Virus record (IMG/VR): IMGVR_UViG_3300046058_000002 | Span: 1 to 32,642 of that record | Origin: a virus | Taxonomy: Duplodnaviria > Caudoviricetes | Length of the DNA stretch: 32,642 nt | Reading direction: 5' to 3' (one strand) | Shown here: positions 7,820-17,912 of the stretch, one piece after another | How positions within the stretch are numbered: the stretch's first letter is position 1 | Layout: every line of letters begins with the position of its first letter | The notes under the pieces: generated by a model | The model's input: the letters and a program-made list of their open reading frames with translations, nothing else | Databases searched by the model: none | What the model was told of the DNA's origin: nothing | Made by a program: the position numbers and the translations under genes

Positions 7820-9553
7820 TCACTTCGGATTCGTTTCGAAGGTGAGAGAGCTGTCCACGCCGTCTGACGTTGAGACTTGATTGTCGTTGATGGCGATGTT
7901 CGAGGTTCCGTCAGGCTCAGAGTGGGTGTCAACCGTCAGGTTAGACACGTCGTAGACCCCTTCCACGTCCCGAATCTGGTACTCTATCTCGCCGAAGATA
8001 ACGTCCTCTCCAGCGCCGAGTCCCTGCGATTCGTTCCCTGAAGTGAAGATTCCGCCGATGTGGTCGATGATGGAGTCGCGAACTGCGTCCTTCCCATCGA
8101 AGCTGTCGGCGACCGTGAGGTCAGCATCCACGTAAATCTGGATGCTCTCCGGTCGGGAGAACTCGATAGTGAACGTCTGCCCGTTATCGAGTGTAGACGC
8201 GGCGGAGTCCTGCGTCCCGTTGATGCCGCCGTGGGGCGTATCACCAGCGGCCATCGTCTCGAAGATGGCGTCGGCGATGTCTTGCGTATCGCCGCCCTCT
8301 GCGACGACCTCGAAGCCGTCGTCAGTCTCGTCAGCGTCAACTTGAATCTTGAACAGGCTGACCGACGTGACGCCCTCGACCGCGCTGACAGAGCCGTAGA
8401 GTGCAGGCATCGAGGCGCGGGACCCGTTCGAAAGCTCCGTCTTCGCCCGCTGGCGAAGCTCGTTGTCGTTTTCCCGTTCGTTCCCGCCGTCAACCGGGTC
8501 CTTGTTCGTAACGTACTCGACACCAGTTGGCGGGTCTGGCATCGTCTGGATGGTGTTCGGAGCGGTGTTCGAGTTAAGACCACTCTCGACCGCGACCACT
8601 TCAGCGTCAATCGCCGTTGCGGTGAAGTAGTCCCAATACTTCGCGGCGTTCGCGTCACCGCTTTTGAAGCCGATTCCACCAGACGTGTGCGTCGTATCGT
8701 CGCCTGAGAGAGATGCGAACTGGTCATCGGCTCCGTCGAAGAAGTACAGCGAGAAGGCCCCGCCGCGACTCCATTGAACTTTGACCTTCACTCGTTTTTT
8801 GGCCGGGACAGACGCGGAGGTGTCTTCGGCGACAACAGTTTTTGTGGCACCTTCGAGAACTTCGAGCGCAACGCGCCCGGAGTCGTTATCCACGACCACC
8901 TGATAGGTGTTCGCGTCATCACGATACGAGAACTCCGTGATGGAGATGCCGCCGGTTCCGACTTGCGTGTAGAACCTAAAGTCAGTCCCGTGGCGAACCG
9001 TCCAGTTCTTGTTGTGGACTTCTACACCCGAGGTAGCCGAGACTTCGAGAGAGTTAGACCCTTCAAGAACGGTGTCAGACTGAACATTGAAGTCCGTCTT
9101 GTCGCCGTCGTACTCGGCGATGTCTCCGTCGCTGAAGTTGTCGTACAAGCGAAGCGTAGCCGATTGAATCGTCTCGTATCTGGTCGAAGCGGAGTCGTCA
9201 GTCTGGACTTCAGTCCCCTTCCCAGCAATATAGACCGACTCTGCTGGCGTGTCTCGGCTGAACGTCACATAGCCGCTCGCACTCCCGGCCTTCTGGCGGC
9301 TAACTCCGATAAGGGCGCAGAGCAAGTCAAGAGCTTTGCCGCTCGCGTAGTCGATTTGGGTCGAATCGAGGACCAGACCGATGTTAGACTGGGCTTCAGC
9401 AAGCTGTTCAGCGATAGGCCGGTAAAACCGCTTGATGATGTTGAGCGAGGTGTCGTTCAGTTCCTCGTCCCAGTAGTCCTTCGCGTCTGCCACCATCGCG
9501 TCGAGGATGGCATCGGCTGTCTCTTCCTCAAAACGTCCGTCTGTAATTGTCAT
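7820..9553 (-). CDS. Baseplate J-like wedge protein with an internal domain insertion
   Basis: ASGKALDLLCALIGVSR, ASGYVTFS, GGNERENDNELRQR and SAVEGVTSV are typical baseplate J motifs. Confidence 0.9.
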   Translation of the reverse strand: MTITDGRFEEETADAILDAMVADAKDYWDEELNDTSLNIIKRFYRPIAEQLAEAQSNIGLVLDSTQIDYASGKALDLLCALIGVSRQKAGSASGYVTFSRDTPAESVYIAGKGTEVQTDDSASTRYETIQSATLRLYDNFSDGDIAEYDGDKTDFNVQSDTVLEGSNSLEVSATSGVEVHNKNWTVRHGTDFRFYTQVGTGGISITEFSYRDDANTYQVVVDNDSGRVALEVLEGATKTVVAEDTSASVPAKKRVKVKVQWSRGGAFSLYFFDGADDQFASLSGDDTTHTSGGIGFKSGDANAAKYWDYFTATAIDAEVVAVESGLNSNTAPNTIQTMPDPPTGVEYVTNKDPVDGGNERENDNELRQRAKTELSNGSRASMPALYGSVSAVEGVTSVSLFKIQVDADETDDGFEVVAEGGDTQDIADAIFETMAAGDTPHGGINGTQDSAASTLDNGQTFTIEFSRPESIQIYVDADLTVADSFDGKDAVRDSIIDHIGGIFTSGNESQGLGAGEDVIFGEIEYQIRDVEGVYDVSNLTVDTHSEPDGTSNIAINDNQVSTSDGVDSSLTFETNPK

Positions 9554-9560
9554 TTATTAG

Positions 9561-9896
9561 TTAACTACTGGTGACTTCAGTGGAGAGCAGATTGATGTCT
9601 CCAGAATCGTAGTGAATCTCCACCTGATACGTATCAGGAACGCCTTCTTTCTCGACAACGCTGATTTGGCTAATACTATCGAGGCTGTCGTGTTCTCGCG
9701 CCACCCGCGTTACCTGAAGCGTGATTTTTTCCTTGATGTTCTCGCCCTTCTTCAGGCCGGGGAGCGTGTCGTGCATGAACTCCGTCAGTGCGACACTGAC
9801 GGATTGTTCGAACGCATCCCGACCCTCGACGGTAGCGAGGTCGTTTCGGTCGTTGAGATGAACCGAGAAGTTACTGTTCAGTGAAAGGTCTTGCAT
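9561..9896 (-). CDS. gp25/gpW-like baseplate protein
   Basis: Size and position before baseplate J; DLATVEGRDAFEQSV pattern. Confidence 0.65.
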   Translation of the reverse strand: MQDLSLNSNFSVHLNDRNDLATVEGRDAFEQSVSVALTEFMHDTLPGLKKGENIKEKITLQVTRVAREHDSLDSISQISVVEKEGVPDTYQVEIHYDSGDINLLSTEVTSS

Positions 9897-9921
9897 CGTG
9901 AAGTCCGGTGAGCCGCGTTAG

Positions 9922-10281
9922 TTACTGCTTTGTACCGTTGATGAAAACGTCGCCAGAAGCGTCGAGATGAAGGTTATAGTCGCCGTTCTGCTTTTCCTCG
10001 AAGTAAATGCGAGTGTCACTATCCAGTTGGATAGCAAGCTCGCCCTCTTCCATATCATCGGGAGTGTCGGACTCCCGACTGAGAACGTTAGAGATGAAGC
10101 GAGTGCCGTCGTTCAGCTTCTCCATGGTCACGGTTTCGCCCTGTTTCGGTATCTGAATGAAACCAGAGTGGGACTTCATCACCGGAACAGACCGATATTC
10201 GTTGTTGACACGAATAGCACGGACGTTACAGTACACTACTCCGTCCCGGTAGTTTACCGTAGTTACAGTTCCGTGTTCCAT
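9922..10281 (-). CDS. Baseplate spike (gpV/gp45-like)
   Basis: OB-fold-like N-terminus with IPKQGETV; beta-rich C-terminus ending GDVFING. Confidence 0.7.
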   Translation of the reverse strand: MEHGTVTTVNYRDGVVYCNVRAIRVNNEYRSVPVMKSHSGFIQIPKQGETVTMEKLNDGTRFISNVLSRESDTPDDMEEGELAIQLDSDTRIYFEEKQNGDYNLHLDASGDVFINGTKQ

Positions 10282-10283
10282 GA

Positions 10284-11678
10284 TTAGATAGACTCGAATC
10301 CTAACCAGCCGCCTGACAGGCTACCATCGTCGGAGATTTCATTGTCGTCTACCCACGAGTTGTCGTCAGGCTCGAAGTAGCTCATCGAGCCGTCAATCGG
10401 AACGTCGGGGTACATCCCAACGTCGGCGAAGACCTGCCACTCGCCCGTGTCGGTGACGCTGTGTTCGACTTCGCTAACGAGGTACGCTTCGTTGTTTACG
10501 AAACCACCACAGACTTCATCCATGTCTTCCGGCTTGTCGCCGACTTTTCCAGACGAAGCCGTGGGGTTATCGAAGTAATCATCCTCGGGAACAAGGTGGA
10601 GAAAATCGCCGGGGTCGAGGTCGAGTACGTTACTGACCTCCGTGCCAGATAGTTCGGGGTCAATTTCGACTGTCCCGGCGTTCTGTTGCTTCATCCGTTC
10701 CTTCAACGCGAGAATAGCGATTTCGGGGAGTGCGTCCCGCTTCGCGTTCGAGGACTTCACAGCGAACTCGGTCCCGTAGTCGATGTCGGTTCGCTCGGCA
10801 ATCCCCATGGCCTTCACGTCCGCTCCGCCTTGGTCGTCGCCGTTGAACCACGAGGCTACTTCATCTATTCCGTCGTCGATGCCACCGAGGCCGGGTTCGT
10901 CCACCCAAGCACCCTCGACAATAGCTCGCTTAATCGGCTCTCGTCCGTGGCTGATGTTCGGGTCTTTGTACCGCCAGACTCGTTCATCGTCCGAAGCGGC
11001 GATGTGACGGATGCTATTCGCCTCGGGAAGGCCGACGACTAACTCTCCTTCGCGGTTCACCCACGTCTTCAACCGGAACTTCTTGTTGAGGCGACGGAGA
11101 GCGTTCTCGGGGCTGATGTTTTCGAAGTCAACCGCGTAGTCAGACTTCACGGCCTTCTTCGTGTTGTCCTGCTCTATCTGTTGGCGACGATGAGCGCCAG
11201 CGCGGCCAGCCGTAGTTATCTCACCGTAAAGCGACCGAACCTGCTCATCTGGAACCGTGAAGTTGATGGTGTCAATGAGCCGGTTGGATGCCGCTTCAAC
11301 GACGGTCTGGTAGATGTCCTCAAGTTGGACTGTCTGACGTTGCTCGTCTATTGTCCCGTTGGACAGCGCCTTGTGGAGGTCATGGAACTGAAGGTGAGTG
11401 TTCTCGCTACTGTAGTCAGCCCAGTCCGGCCTGAACATCAGGCGTTGGATGGCTGTCCCGTTGTAGCACACATCGACGGGCGTGATGCCGTAGAGTGCGC
11501 CGTCCTCGTACCGCGTGTGCGGCTTCATCTCCTCGCCGACCTCCCACGAGAACTTCGCCCGGCAGAAGTCGTACTCGTGCCGAGACATTTTCAGGCTCAT
11601 CTCGATTGGACGAACCTCGAACGGTTCGCCGTAGTTCACGTCACGGAACTTTATCGTCCAGACGTGGTCACAGGTCAT
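10284..11678 (-). CDS. Baseplate hub (gp27/gpD-like)
   Basis: Position between tape measure and spike; LDPGDFLHL and YLVSEVEHSV pattern. Confidence 0.65.
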   Translation of the reverse strand: MTCDHVWTIKFRDVNYGEPFEVRPIEMSLKMSRHEYDFCRAKFSWEVGEEMKPHTRYEDGALYGITPVDVCYNGTAIQRLMFRPDWADYSSENTHLQFHDLHKALSNGTIDEQRQTVQLEDIYQTVVEAASNRLIDTINFTVPDEQVRSLYGEITTAGRAGAHRRQQIEQDNTKKAVKSDYAVDFENISPENALRRLNKKFRLKTWVNREGELVVGLPEANSIRHIAASDDERVWRYKDPNISHGREPIKRAIVEGAWVDEPGLGGIDDGIDEVASWFNGDDQGGADVKAMGIAERTDIDYGTEFAVKSSNAKRDALPEIAILALKERMKQQNAGTVEIDPELSGTEVSNVLDLDPGDFLHLVPEDDYFDNPTASSGKVGDKPEDMDEVCGGFVNNEAYLVSEVEHSVTDTGEWQVFADVGMYPDVPIDGSMSYFEPDDNSWVDDNEISDDGSLSGGWLGFESI

Positions 11679-12223
11679 AGACTTCCCCGTTGGGCGGCCT
11701 CTTCAAGGTCCGAATCATCTATAATAGCGGTTACAATCTCGTTGTTCCCGGTATCGTGTTCGTCGCGTCCCGTCGAAACAAGGTCAAGCGTGAACTTGAA
11801 CATCCACTGACGGGTGTGGGGGTCCCAGCCATTCTGGTTCCCAAGTTCGCCCTGCTTTACGTAGCACTCCATCCCACCGGCAGGTGTCAGCGGGGAGAGT
11901 AGGTCTACCTCCTTATCGTAGTCGAGCAATCCTTGGAAGATGTTGATTTCTCCCTGAAGGAGAACTCCCGTAACGTGGAACTCCCGGTTCTTGATGGCCT
12001 TGATGGAGACGGATTCTCCACCGCAGTTACCACCGTAGCGGGAGAGTTCCTTCTTCTTCATTTGCGTGAAGTCGTCGGGGTAGAACTCTGGTGCAAACGA
12101 CCATGAAGTCGTAGCGGGAGAAATCTCGAACCCAAGCTGTTGATTCGGGTCTGAGGAAATGTAGTCAACTTCTTCCGTGGGTTCGCCGGGGGAATATCCC
12201 GAGTGAGTAAGTGAGTGAGGCAT
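11675..12223 (-). CDS. Putative tail tube initiator / baseplate protein
   Basis: Directly after the tape measure and overlapping the hub gene by ATGA; synteny only. Confidence 0.55.
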   Translation of the reverse strand: MPHSLTHSGYSPGEPTEEVDYISSDPNQQLGFEISPATTSWSFAPEFYPDDFTQMKKKELSRYGGNCGGESVSIKAIKNREFHVTGVLLQGEINIFQGLLDYDKEVDLLSPLTPAGGMECYVKQGELGNQNGWDPHTRQWMFKFTLDLVSTGRDEHDTGNNEIVTAIIDDSDLEEAAQRGSL

Positions 12224-14604
12224 TAGCTACTGTTCTCGTCGTCGGAGTTGCTGGAGTTGGTTTCAACAACCGGGAGGCTCTGCGCCTCGTTCGTCTCGTT
12301 GACTCGACTGATTGTATCTTCCATTGCTTTCTGAGAGGCGTAGTCGTCGCCACCGCCGCTGTTGATGGTGTACGAGCGATTGTCGTTGTAGACGGTCTGT
12401 TGACCACCACCACCGCCCGGCCCACCGGGGCCACCGCCGCCACTGGGGCCGGTCGGAACGTCTTGAGCGCCCATTGCACCGGAAGTGACCGCACCGCCGA
12501 TGACCGTGGCCGCACCAAGAGTAAGTAGACCGATAGCGGCCACGAGGGCGAGGGTCGCGGCGACCGCGCCCCACGTACTCATCTCGTAGCTGAACATCAA
12601 CATTGTCGCAAATTTGATGCCAGCGGCGAGAGCCATGAAGCTCTGATATACACCCCAAATAACTAACGCGGCCTTCCCGAGGACGAACAGCCAACCAATC
12701 ATCGTAACGAGTCCGACGATGATTTCTGAGTTCAGAACCTCGCTGATGAAGACCAAGAGGTCGAACAGCGGACTAAACGCTGTCAGTACCTTCGAAATTG
12801 CCATCGAGACGTTGTACGCCGCGACGGCGAGCTTGAGCATATCCTGTCCAAGCTCAACCAGAAGTTGCTGGTTCTTCGAAGCCGCTTGAATAAGCCACTC
12901 GAAGAAATTCAGCAGGCCAGAACCGATAAGGCCGCCGAAGCGCGTTGTCAGTTGGCTAATAGCTTGTTCGTTCTCGACTATGATGTTGATGGCCTTTTCG
13001 AAGCCACCGGAAAGCGACGAACCGAGTTCATAGAGAGTGTCCTCGTAGACTGTCAGCCCCTCCATGGATTCAGCAATGCCGCCCATGCCTTCCGGCATGG
13101 CGTCGAACATCTGCGATTGAATCGGCGCGAACTGTTGCATCGTCGGCTGGAAGACCTCGAACATCTCCTGCTTGAGGTCTTGGACCTGCTGTTTCGCCTG
13201 CTCAACAGACCCTTCCAGCGACTCTGCGTGACCGAGAAGTCCAAGTCCCATTACCGCACCGCCAGCGGCGGCCACCGCGCCCATCGCGGCGGCAACGCCG
13301 AGAAGCTGGGTCCCGAGGGCAACTGCGACCGGGATGATGGCCGCCAGCAGTTGCATATACTGACCCATCGTCGGGCGAAGGCTACGGAACTTCTTCCCGA
13401 GCTTGGACTGAGCGTCCCCAACCTCGTCCATGACGTTCCCGAGGGAAGTCATGTTGTCAACCCGGCTGAGGATGCTGTTGTTGTCGATGATGTCGCGGTT
13501 TGAGCGACTGCTACGACCACCACTGCCGATACTGAAGTCTATTCCACCGCCGCCCGGCTGAGCCTGCCGGTGGATGTCGTACATCTCCGAGCCGGAGAGT
13601 TCGCTGTTACGTAGCTCGGTGTTGACTCCCCCGAAGGGTTCGTCGTCAGCACCGCCGAAAGCGTCGTACTGCGCTTCGGCCATCGACTCCGCCATCTCGT
13701 TCACGAAGTCGCTGTTCCCTTCTCCCATGAAGCCATCTTCACCCTGTGCGGGGTTCTCCATGAGGTCGTTCAGCTCAGAAGTGGTCAACTCCGACATCCG
13801 CCTGTCGAAGTTCAGACCGTTGTCGCCGAACGGAGTATCAATTGGGCTGGCCGCTTCGTCCCGCTTCTCCATCGCTTCCTTGAACCCGTCAACCATGTTG
13901 ACGGAGTGCTGTTTGAACTCGCGGATTCGGTCTTCGAGTGTATCGACTCGCCCTGGACCACTTCCATGAGACGGGTCTGCGCCCCGACGAAAAGCTTCCA
14001 TGCTTTCAGAACCAGCCTGTCGCCGCCAGTCCATACTCACCGGGTCATTGCCAAAGCCGGTTCGCGTGCCAATACGGCCCGCGAAGCCGGACGTGAAGTC
14101 CGGGTCGTCTGCACCGAGGTTAGAAGTCTGACTCGATTTGGGCTTCTGAAGCCAGTTGCCTAAGAAGTCCTCACTTGCTAAGGTATGTTCGCCGTAAGTA
14201 CGTTCGAAAAGGTTCGCCCGGCTTCCACCGTCGGTTGTAGTGCTTACGTCCTTTGCCTTTTGTTGTGCATCGAGGAAACCGCCCGTTTTGATGACTGGTT
14301 TGCCTTGGCTATCGCCGCTATTCGTTTCACCATCGGGAGTATTAACATTTGCCTCAATCTCAATATCATCGAGGTTTTCGATACGGTCAAGGTCCTCCTC
14401 AAGTCCCGACAGGTCGAGTTCGAGGCTTTCCAGCATATCGACCATGTTGCCGATTTCGCCGGATATTTCGTCTACATCCAACTCATCGAAATCGAGGTCA
14501 ACGTCACCAGCGGCGGCTTCAAGGGTTTCAAGAGCGGTGGCAATACCGGTAATCTCAGTAGCGACATCACCGGCCTTCAGTTCAAGGTCAATAGTAACTG
14601 CCAT
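12223..14604 (-). CDS. Tape measure protein
   Basis: 793 aa, Ala/Gly/Leu-rich helical sequence with hydrophobic segments; follows the chaperone pair. Confidence 0.88.
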   Translation of the reverse strand: MAVTIDLELKAGDVATEITGIATALETLEAAAGDVDLDFDELDVDEISGEIGNMVDMLESLELDLSGLEEDLDRIENLDDIEIEANVNTPDGETNSGDSQGKPVIKTGGFLDAQQKAKDVSTTTDGGSRANLFERTYGEHTLASEDFLGNWLQKPKSSQTSNLGADDPDFTSGFAGRIGTRTGFGNDPVSMDWRRQAGSESMEAFRRGADPSHGSGPGRVDTLEDRIREFKQHSVNMVDGFKEAMEKRDEAASPIDTPFGDNGLNFDRRMSELTTSELNDLMENPAQGEDGFMGEGNSDFVNEMAESMAEAQYDAFGGADDEPFGGVNTELRNSELSGSEMYDIHRQAQPGGGGIDFSIGSGGRSSRSNRDIIDNNSILSRVDNMTSLGNVMDEVGDAQSKLGKKFRSLRPTMGQYMQLLAAIIPVAVALGTQLLGVAAAMGAVAAAGGAVMGLGLLGHAESLEGSVEQAKQQVQDLKQEMFEVFQPTMQQFAPIQSQMFDAMPEGMGGIAESMEGLTVYEDTLYELGSSLSGGFEKAINIIVENEQAISQLTTRFGGLIGSGLLNFFEWLIQAASKNQQLLVELGQDMLKLAVAAYNVSMAISKVLTAFSPLFDLLVFISEVLNSEIIVGLVTMIGWLFVLGKAALVIWGVYQSFMALAAGIKFATMLMFSYEMSTWGAVAATLALVAAIGLLTLGAATVIGGAVTSGAMGAQDVPTGPSGGGGPGGPGGGGGQQTVYNDNRSYTINSGGGDDYASQKAMEDTISRVNETNEAQSLPVVETNSSNSDDENSS

Positions 14605-14937
14605 TAGTCAGATTTGTGGACTTCGTGGTCGGGGTTCAGGTCTTTGTTCACATAACGCACTGTCTCCTCCTGCTCCATCGAGGACGCGGGGGAGCCGCCA
14701 TTCCCACCACTGGAGCGGGCGTTACGGGGACGGCCACCGTCGCCGCCCTGCTGATTCCGCATCTCCTCGCGCTTCCGCTTCTGCTCTTCTGCTTCCTTCT
14801 TCTCCGCCGCGTCGAGGACCTGATTTTGGAATGGGGTCAGGTCCCCCATATGGTCTACTCCGGGAAGGTCGCAGATTCCGTTCGAGTGGTTCTCTACCCG
14901 GTTCTTGAAACTACTCGCCGCCCCCGTCTCGGCGAAA
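14604..14937 (-). CDS. Tail assembly chaperone C-terminal extension (gpT-like), reached by +1 frameshift
   Basis: The +1 frame after TTT-CGC (14937-14932) reads AETGAASSFKNRVENHSNGICDLPGVDH and runs without a stop into track ORF MGDLTPF (14849..14604). Confidence 0.8.
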
Positions 14938-15399
14938 GGTTTCGGCCTTATCGGCGTCGGACGAGATTTCCAGCACCCGTTCGGCGATGATAAGGGACTT
15001 CCCGCCCTGAAGCATCGAGACGATTTCCTTCACGCCTTCCTCGTCTTCGCCCTCGGCGAGGCCCTGCGTGGTGTCGATGCCCATGACAGCAGCCTCGTGC
15101 ATAATTTCCACGAAGGCTTCATCGAACTGACCGGGGTCGATGGTGTCACTGGCTTCGTCCTTTCCCTTTTCGAGGGCTTCCTGTGCCTCTTCGGGGTCGA
15201 GGTCGAGACGATTTTCGAGAAACGCCGCGATTGGCAGGAACTCCTCGTCGGTCAGCGGACGAACGTAGAGTTCGCCCTCCATGTCGTAATACGTGAAGTC
15301 GATAGCGGAGCGGAACTGGTCCCCGCGAAGAGCCATCTCACGCAGACGGCTAATGTTAGCGTCGGTACTCTCGGCTTCGTCTTCGGTGTTCTCGGACAT
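14911..15399 (-). CDS. Tail assembly chaperone (gpG-like)
   Basis: Between tube and tape measure; LYVRPLT motif; slippery site 7 codons before the stop. Confidence 0.85.
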   Translation of the reverse strand: MSENTEDEAESTDANISRLREMALRGDQFRSAIDFTYYDMEGELYVRPLTDEEFLPIAAFLENRLDLDPEEAQEALEKGKDEASDTIDPGQFDEAFVEIMHEAAVMGIDTTQGLAEGEDEEGVKEIVSMLQGGKSLIIAERVLEISSDADKAETFRRDGGGE

Positions 15400-15450
15400 T
15401 GTGAGTTTGAGTCGGTGAAAGAAGTCGGCTAACTGCGCGCCAAGAGAAAA

Positions 15451-15464
15451 ACAGCGATAAGGTC
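15451..15464. repeat. 14-mer ACAGCGATAAGGTC, copy 2
   Basis: Intergenic between tube and chaperone, about 52 nt upstream of the chaperone ATG. Confidence 0.85.
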
Positions 15465-15478
15465 AGCCAGTTAGAACG

Positions 15479-16021
15479 TCAGTTCTGGTCAGGTTGGTCG
15501 GAATCACGGTCCATCGCCACCCAGTCGAACGCCGTCTCGGTGGCTTCCTCGGAGCGGACCTCGTAGGACTCGGACGACGCGAGGACGTGCTTGTAAAGCT
15601 CGGCCTCGTCGTTCAGCCCGTGGTTGATGTTGATGGTTACGGGCATCGGAACGCCGTGGTCATCGTAGAGGAAATCGGTGACAGCCTTCGAACCGGGGTC
15701 GGTGTCGCTGTCGGACTGCGCTTCGTCGGGGATGGTCTTCGTGACCCGCGACCCCTTGAACATCATCGTACCGGAGTACGAGATAGAGGTGATGGCGTAG
15801 CCGCTGGCCTTTAGCGAGGACTCCCGAATCTCGGAAATCTCGACCTCCTTGGTGGTGTCGAGACGCGAGATGGGAATCTCGATGTAGCCCTGCGGGATAT
15901 TCTCGTCAGTGCCATCATAGCTACCATCGTAATTGGAGACGCCGACTTCTGCTCCCCGCGACACAACAAGAGTGATGTTCGCGGCGGATTCGATACGGTC
16001 AACAGTGCCATTTCGTGACAT
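15479..16021 (-). CDS. Tail tube protein
   Basis: 180 aa directly after the sheath; beta-strand pattern (SISYSGTMMF). Confidence 0.75.
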   Translation of the reverse strand: MSRNGTVDRIESAANITLVVSRGAEVGVSNYDGSYDGTDENIPQGYIEIPISRLDTTKEVEISEIRESSLKASGYAITSISYSGTMMFKGSRVTKTIPDEAQSDSDTDPGSKAVTDFLYDDHGVPMPVTININHGLNDEAELYKHVLASSESYEVRSEEATETAFDWVAMDRDSDQPDQN

Positions 16022-16049
16022 TATGAATTAAAGTGGGTAGAGTTGAGTC

Positions 16050-17357
16050 TTATCCGCCGTTCCCAATGGTGACGGTGTTCTCGATGAACCGGAGCGGTTC
16101 CACGAGGTCCACGCTCATCTCCAGCCCCGCCGTCACGGCGTCTTCCTTCTGGATGTTGACGGTGTAGCTGAGGACGGTGTTCGACTCCTGAAGTTGGGTC
16201 AGTTGCTCACTGACCATCCCTTCCAGCGTGTTCCGAACCGTCGCGCTGTTCAGCTTGCCGATGAACGGCTTCTGATTGGCGCGGGTCGTCTCGATGATGT
16301 AGTCAGCCACCAGTCGGTTGAAGCCGTACTGGAGGTTCTGCTCGTCCGTATTCGAGTCCGACACCGTAGTCGGGTCGTCCACGATACGAACGCCACGGGC
16401 TTCGTCGGCCAACGGAACTACGTCCTTGTCAATCAGACTCCCCCGCTCGGCGCGGTTGAGGGTGACTGCGAGCCGCTTGTTCGTGCTGAGGCGCTTGTTG
16501 ATGGGCGTTGTGTTCAGACCGAGTTGGGCTTTGAAGCCAGCGTAGGCCGCGATGGCCGACGTGTTGTCCTCGAACCGAGTGGGGTAGAGAACTTGCGTTC
16601 GGCTGTCGTCGTACTGCTGCTCGAAGTTCGCCGGGTCCAGACGGATGTCTGCCCCGCCGACGCCCAGCGCGAGATTGTACTCGTTCTCCATGTTGCCAAC
16701 CGTGAAGTTAGCGTCGTCCACAACCGAGCCGTTTTCTGAGAGGGGGACGAGGAAGTCGATAGTCTCGGGGACCGTATCGACCATCACGTCGATGCCACCA
16801 GCGTAGTCGAACGTCTCGTAGTCCACGGTGTCGTTGGTGTCGTCGGAGTCGCCGGGAGTACCAGGAAGTTCGACGACCCCACGAACCGGGTTGTAGACAC
16901 AGTTGCCCGCGTCGGGCGAGTACGTGCTGACATCATCGTAGACCTTCTCGGGGGTGAGGTCACTGCCGTCAAGGGTGACGGTGATGGAGTCGGGGTCCTC
17001 TCTGATGGGGGCGTTTGCGAGGTCAATCGTAGTGGACGAGACGCCCGAGATGTCCTCGCCATCGACCTGAGTCTCCTCGGTCGCAACCGCGTAGACCGGG
17101 TAGGCTCCCTCGTTCAGCGCGTCGATGACGCCCTGCGTCAAGAGGCTGGACTCCTTCGGGCCGAACCATTCGACCGCTTTCGAAGCTCGCGTTACCTGAT
17201 AGACCTTAGTGATGTCAGCCGGGTCCGTCGCGTTTGCGAGGTCCGCCTGACCAACGATTCCGAGGTTACTCGGAGCATCACCCGAGGTCGGCACAGCCGC
17301 CGAAGAGGTGAGGTCCGTGATAATGCCGGGTTCTTGCTTATCGCCGTAAGTAGTCAT
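16050..17357 (-). CDS. Tail sheath protein
   Basis: N-terminal PGI motif and a sheath-type C-terminus (RLVADYI...FIGKLNSATVR...VEPLRFIENTVTI). Confidence 0.9.
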   Translation of the reverse strand: MTTYGDKQEPGIITDLTSSAAVPTSGDAPSNLGIVGQADLANATDPADITKVYQVTRASKAVEWFGPKESSLLTQGVIDALNEGAYPVYAVATEETQVDGEDISGVSSTTIDLANAPIREDPDSITVTLDGSDLTPEKVYDDVSTYSPDAGNCVYNPVRGVVELPGTPGDSDDTNDTVDYETFDYAGGIDVMVDTVPETIDFLVPLSENGSVVDDANFTVGNMENEYNLALGVGGADIRLDPANFEQQYDDSRTQVLYPTRFEDNTSAIAAYAGFKAQLGLNTTPINKRLSTNKRLAVTLNRAERGSLIDKDVVPLADEARGVRIVDDPTTVSDSNTDEQNLQYGFNRLVADYIIETTRANQKPFIGKLNSATVRNTLEGMVSEQLTQLQESNTVLSYTVNIQKEDAVTAGLEMSVDLVEPLRFIENTVTIGNGG

Positions 17358-17373
17358 GTTGAATTATCGAAAA

Positions 17374-17904
17374 TTACAGATTGAACGTGAAGTCGTTCTT
17401 CATCTGTTCAAGCGCATCTTCCTGCGTGTCACTCGGCGTTCGAGTGACGGTGTGGTCGCCGTGGAACCTCGCGGAAAGCATCAGTTCGGCTTCTTTCGGC
17501 TCCGTGAACTGAAAAGTCGGATTTCCGCCAGCGCCCAGTCTGCACTGCTTCAAATCCTCGTGGAAAGACTGAGGGTTCTCACGAATCAGCCGAAGTTCCT
17601 GTTTGACCCTCTCCTTCAAGCGGCTGACATCAACTTCATCAGAGTGACGAACGAGTAGTTCAACGCGGGTCCTGAAGCTGAAGTTCAAGTACCACTCATA
17701 CTCCTTCGTCCCGTCACCGTCGAAGTCCCCGTAGGCTTCACCGGCTTTCGCGGAGTTGTTGAAGTTGAAATCGTTCGTGTCCCAATCGTCAATGACGACG
17801 ACCGGAACGGGGCGCTCGTCTTCCATCGCAGAAGTACGGATTGGCTCCGATAAGGCCGACGCCAGATGAGACTGAAGGGTGCTGATTAGCTCAGTTTCGT
17901 CCAT
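17374..17904 (-). CDS. Putative tail terminator / completion protein
   Basis: Position before the sheath; acidic 176 aa. Confidence 0.55.
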   Translation of the reverse strand: MDETELISTLQSHLASALSEPIRTSAMEDERPVPVVVIDDWDTNDFNFNNSAKAGEAYGDFDGDGTKEYEWYLNFSFRTRVELLVRHSDEVDVSRLKERVKQELRLIRENPQSFHEDLKQCRLGAGGNPTFQFTEPKEAELMLSARFHGDHTVTRTPSDTQEDALEQMKNDFTFNL

Positions 17905-17912
17905 CAGAGAAT

